NCBI GenBank assembly: GCA_032718475.1
Contig: JAUCBJ010003016.1
Coordinates: forward strand, 17,892 to 81,891
From: Nemertoderma westbladi
Taxonomy: Eukaryota > Animalia > Xenacoelomorpha
Reading direction: 5' to 3'
Length of the DNA: 64,000 bases
Shown here: piece after piece, positions 60,894-64,000 of the stretch
How positions within the stretch are numbered: position 1 is the first letter of the stretch
How the letters are laid out: every line of letters starts with the position of its first letter
Made by a program: the position numbers and the translations under genes
Notes under the pieces: generated by a model
The model's database searches: none
Told to the model about the DNA's origin: nothing
What the model saw: only the letters and a program-made list of their open reading frames with translations

Positions 60894-62822
60894 TTAGTGT
60901 CTCTGCAGATGATAATTTAAGCTCAATTTATGTTTGAACTTCCGAGTACATTGACCTACTGGACACTTTAACAGCACTCGATGCACCTCATGAGTTTGCA
61001 TATGATCCCTTAGATGGCTCTTTTGCTTAAACCTTTTATCACACTTTTCACAACCAAATAACCGTTGGTTATCGTGAGTGAAGGCCGTATGTCTATTGAG
61101 TTGGCCCTGATCCATGTAGGCCAGGGGGCATTGCGGGCACTGGAACGGTCGCTCGCCCGAGTGTCTCCGCATGTGAAGCTCTAGTTTGTAACGACACGAC
61201 ATGGACTTCCCGCATGTGGCGCAGACCCAGTCCAGCTTCCGAACTTCGGTATGAGAAAGGTTTTGATGTCGAACTAACTCGACTTTACGTTTAAACTTGC
61301 GGTCGCACTTGTCGCATGGAATAACCTGGTCGTGGTCGTCTGCGAGATGTTTGTTGAGTGAGGACTTGGTTCTGTAGACCTGGGCGCAGTGGGGACACGG
61401 TATCTCTGGGATGTTGAAGTGGCGATGGAGGTGTACTAGAAGGTTTCGCATCGAGTTGAGTCGTGTGGAGCAGCCGTCTATGATGCATTCCATATAGAGC
61501 GAGGGTTGTCGGTGGACCCCGAGGTGTATTTTCAGCTGGCGGAGTGTGGCAAATCGCCACCGACAGCCGTCCACGTCGCACGGGTATGAGCGGGGACCCA
61601 GCAAGGGCAGTCTGGGTTGGCGGGTTAATCTGAGGAAGTTGAGAGGGTCTGCGCTATTAGTACCCCGGGTATTTGTAATTGTAACAAGTTTATTTGAACC
61701 AGAACATTGAGATACTGGTTTATTATTTGAAGTCGAAATATTTGTGACAGGTGTAGTAAGTGCAGACAATTCAATCCCTTGTTTAAGTTTATTCGGTGTT
61801 GTTCTAACTGGAACACTCGGTGTATCCGTAACCGGAACACTCGGTGTATCTGTAACCGGGATATTCGTTTTAGTTAACGGGAAATGTCTACGGAGCGGAG
61901 GTGGAGAAGTTACAACTTCTTTGTTCGTCGCCGGGGCCGACAATATCGACTCGATCGAATGCTTAAGTGGCGGTGTATCCAACGGAAGTGTAACAAACTC
62001 GGCCCCAACTTCCGGGAAATTGGCCTCCTCTTCCGGCGTCTCTGAAACGGCCTTAAACGGCACGAGAGGAAGGAAATGCGAGATCGGAATATCTGAGTTG
62101 TAGGTGGGAATCACGGAGCGCGAGCGGATGATGCGTTCAGGGCTGGATAGATTCTTGTAGGGGCAGTCGTAGGAACGGAAAGAATCGAAGAGACCGGGGA
62201 AGTTATCCAGAGACAACGAGGGGCTGTTAATAATCCCGATGTTAGGGAATGCGATACTGTTCCCTTCTATACTGGTCCGACTCGGCGGATGGGTTTGGCA
62301 TTCCCCGGCCTTCAAGGCCTCTAAAACCAGTCGGTTCGCCTTGCTGAATGCGTCACCGGCGGTCCAAACCGCCCCGACACTTTCATGGAACTCGAGTGAG
62401 TCGTGTGGTGCTCTCGCTATCTCTTCTTGACTCATCAAGTTGTCCGCCTTCGTCGTTCCCATCGGGCCCTTCGACTGCGGCATTATCAGACCGAGGTGGT
62501 CCAGACAGGAAGGCAGGTTGTCCAGGTTGGTCCAGACGGGTTGCTGCTCCCAGTCGGGGTCGTGTCCCGTGTTTACGAGGAGGTCGAGAAGACCGATGCT
62601 CGGGGGACGGTCTGGGATGGAGGTCGGAGACGGGATGCACAGATCAAGGGCCCCGAGTAACGTGGAGTTGAGATCGTCATCGTAAAGCTCCGACGTTCCG
62701 GTTCCGTTCGCGTTGCTCGAAGATATTTGATTGTGTTTGAGTTTGCGATGCGAGCAATTAATTTTACGCTTCTTGGATTTTGAATTTCTCGTCAGGCCAA
62801 CAGATAATCTTCGGTCGGCCAT
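60894..62822 (-). CDS. C2H2 zinc-finger protein, 8 C-terminal fingers, single exon (642 aa from ATG 62822)
   Basis: Eight C-x2/4-C...H-x3/4-H repeats, an HSGERPFQC linker, a basic NLS-like SKSKKRK and a Pro/Ser/Thr-rich middle. The first ATG has good context (atcATGg). Confidence 0.9.
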   Translation of the reverse strand: MADRRLSVGLTRNSKSKKRKINCSHRKLKHNQISSSNANGTGTSELYDDDLNSTLLGALDLCIPSPTSIPDRPPSIGLLDLLVNTGHDPDWEQQPVWTNLDNLPSCLDHLGLIMPQSKGPMGTTKADNLMSQEEIARAPHDSLEFHESVGAVWTAGDAFSKANRLVLEALKAGECQTHPPSRTSIEGNSIAFPNIGIINSPSLSLDNFPGLFDSFRSYDCPYKNLSSPERIIRSRSVIPTYNSDIPISHFLPLVPFKAVSETPEEEANFPEVGAEFVTLPLDTPPLKHSIESILSAPATNKEVVTSPPPLRRHFPLTKTNIPVTDTPSVPVTDTPSVPVRTTPNKLKQGIELSALTTPVTNISTSNNKPVSQCSGSNKLVTITNTRGTNSADPLNFLRLTRQPRLPLLGPRSYPCDVDGCRWRFATLRQLKIHLGVHRQPSLYMECIIDGCSTRLNSMRNLLVHLHRHFNIPEIPCPHCAQVYRTKSSLNKHLADDHDQVIPCDKCDRKFKRKVELVRHQNLSHTEVRKLDWVCATCGKSMSCRYKLELHMRRHSGERPFQCPQCPLAYMDQGQLNRHTAFTHDNQRLFGCEKCDKRFKQKSHLRDHMQTHEVHRVLLKCPVGQCTRKFKHKLSLNYHLQRH

Positions 62823-64000
62823 GATCCAGTGATCAGACACTCGTGCACTCACAATGATCAAGTCGAAGTCCTAATACCTCACGCTCACGCTCACATCACC
62901 ACCACACTGCCACAACCCACAACTGACATACCGGTAGTCCATAGTCCATAGTCGGTAGTCCTACAAAAATCAGAATATCCGGTACGTGCGGTAAGAGCAA
63001 GGACAAGTTCAGTCAGTCAGCACGGCACTCATCCTGTCATCAGTAGGGTAAATAAGGGTAAATCTTTTCGACCTACGCGTAGACCTACGCGTAGCTACGC
63101 GTAGTTCGCAACATTGGGTCATATATCACCATATTTTATTTTTTTTGAACATTAACTATGCTGTAAAAGCTTTTGTGGGATAACTGATACGTTTGCCTTT
63201 GCTGGCCAGTTCCCCCCCAGGCGCTGGAATACTCTAAAAGGGTTCTCCAACTGTATATATATATTCCCCTCGCCCGCAAGGTACCTTTACAGGTGTTTTA
63301 ACGGACATAAAAATCATTCTGCTATATACGTGTTTTGGCGGACATGGTAAGACAAAAAACTTGTAATGCACTAACTACCTTTCACAGCTTAGCCGTGATG
63401 ATTCATATTACGACATCTAGCAGCTGGTTGCTGACATGGAAACAGCCATTGGACGCGTGGTTCTTTGTTTGGCTTGGGCCAATCAGGGCGATTTTTCCTG
63501 TCGACGTGTAGCTTTTAGTCGATCATAAGGAGAGTGTTCAGTCTTACTGTTTTTAGAGTTGATACTTTGTTGTTATTGCTGTCTAAGCCAGAAACACCGG
63601 CCTTTTGGGAAGAACTCTAGTAAACTGCTTGAATTATCGAAAGTATAAACTGTTACCTGACTTAAATCACTCATCTCACCTTGATACTTTACTTACTTAA
63701 TTTAATTGCATTAATCATATTGTTTGTACTGTTATTTTACCGTCAGTTATTAATTGTACCTATTTGTTGATGGAAATATTGCTATTTGGATAATACGGAT
63801 AAATCACCCAATTCTCAATTTTCTTGATAACACTACAGGTTAGAGAGACCGGCTATACATAACAATTGCGATTTATATTAATGTGGTGTGTATTGAATCC
63901 AATGTTATTTAGCAGACCCTACGTGAGTCAATTACTGCTCTCTTTATGTGTGATCAAATGTACTGACTGTCGGCAGAATAGTGTGTATGATCGTGATTGG

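Overview
AT-rich animal (invertebrate-like) genomic DNA, not prokaryotic. It contains a 4-exon nicotinic acetylcholine receptor alpha-subunit gene on the minus strand (38781->12528, 522 aa predicted), an intronless 8-finger C2H2 zinc-finger gene (minus), and a tRNA-Gln(TTG). Around them are several copies of a young RTE-clade LINE, older LINE relics, nested non-autonomous DNA transposons, a SINE, a Helitron, and about 15 kb of tandem arrays that produce the very long spurious ORFs. The standout is at 30741-31759: a TSD-flanked tandem array of a 363-bp non-coding unit. Each unit carries a minimal type I hammerhead ribozyme with a palindromic helix III, placed between Pol III A/B-box-like motifs at the tip of a long hairpin, and the array has a Penelope-style inverted 5' end. 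This is a candidate retrozyme (self-cleaving, circular-RNA-producing retroelement). A Penelope-like remnant with a related degenerate hammerhead core lies 41 bp upstream of the receptor ATG. All calls were made by eye; no searches or folding programs were run.
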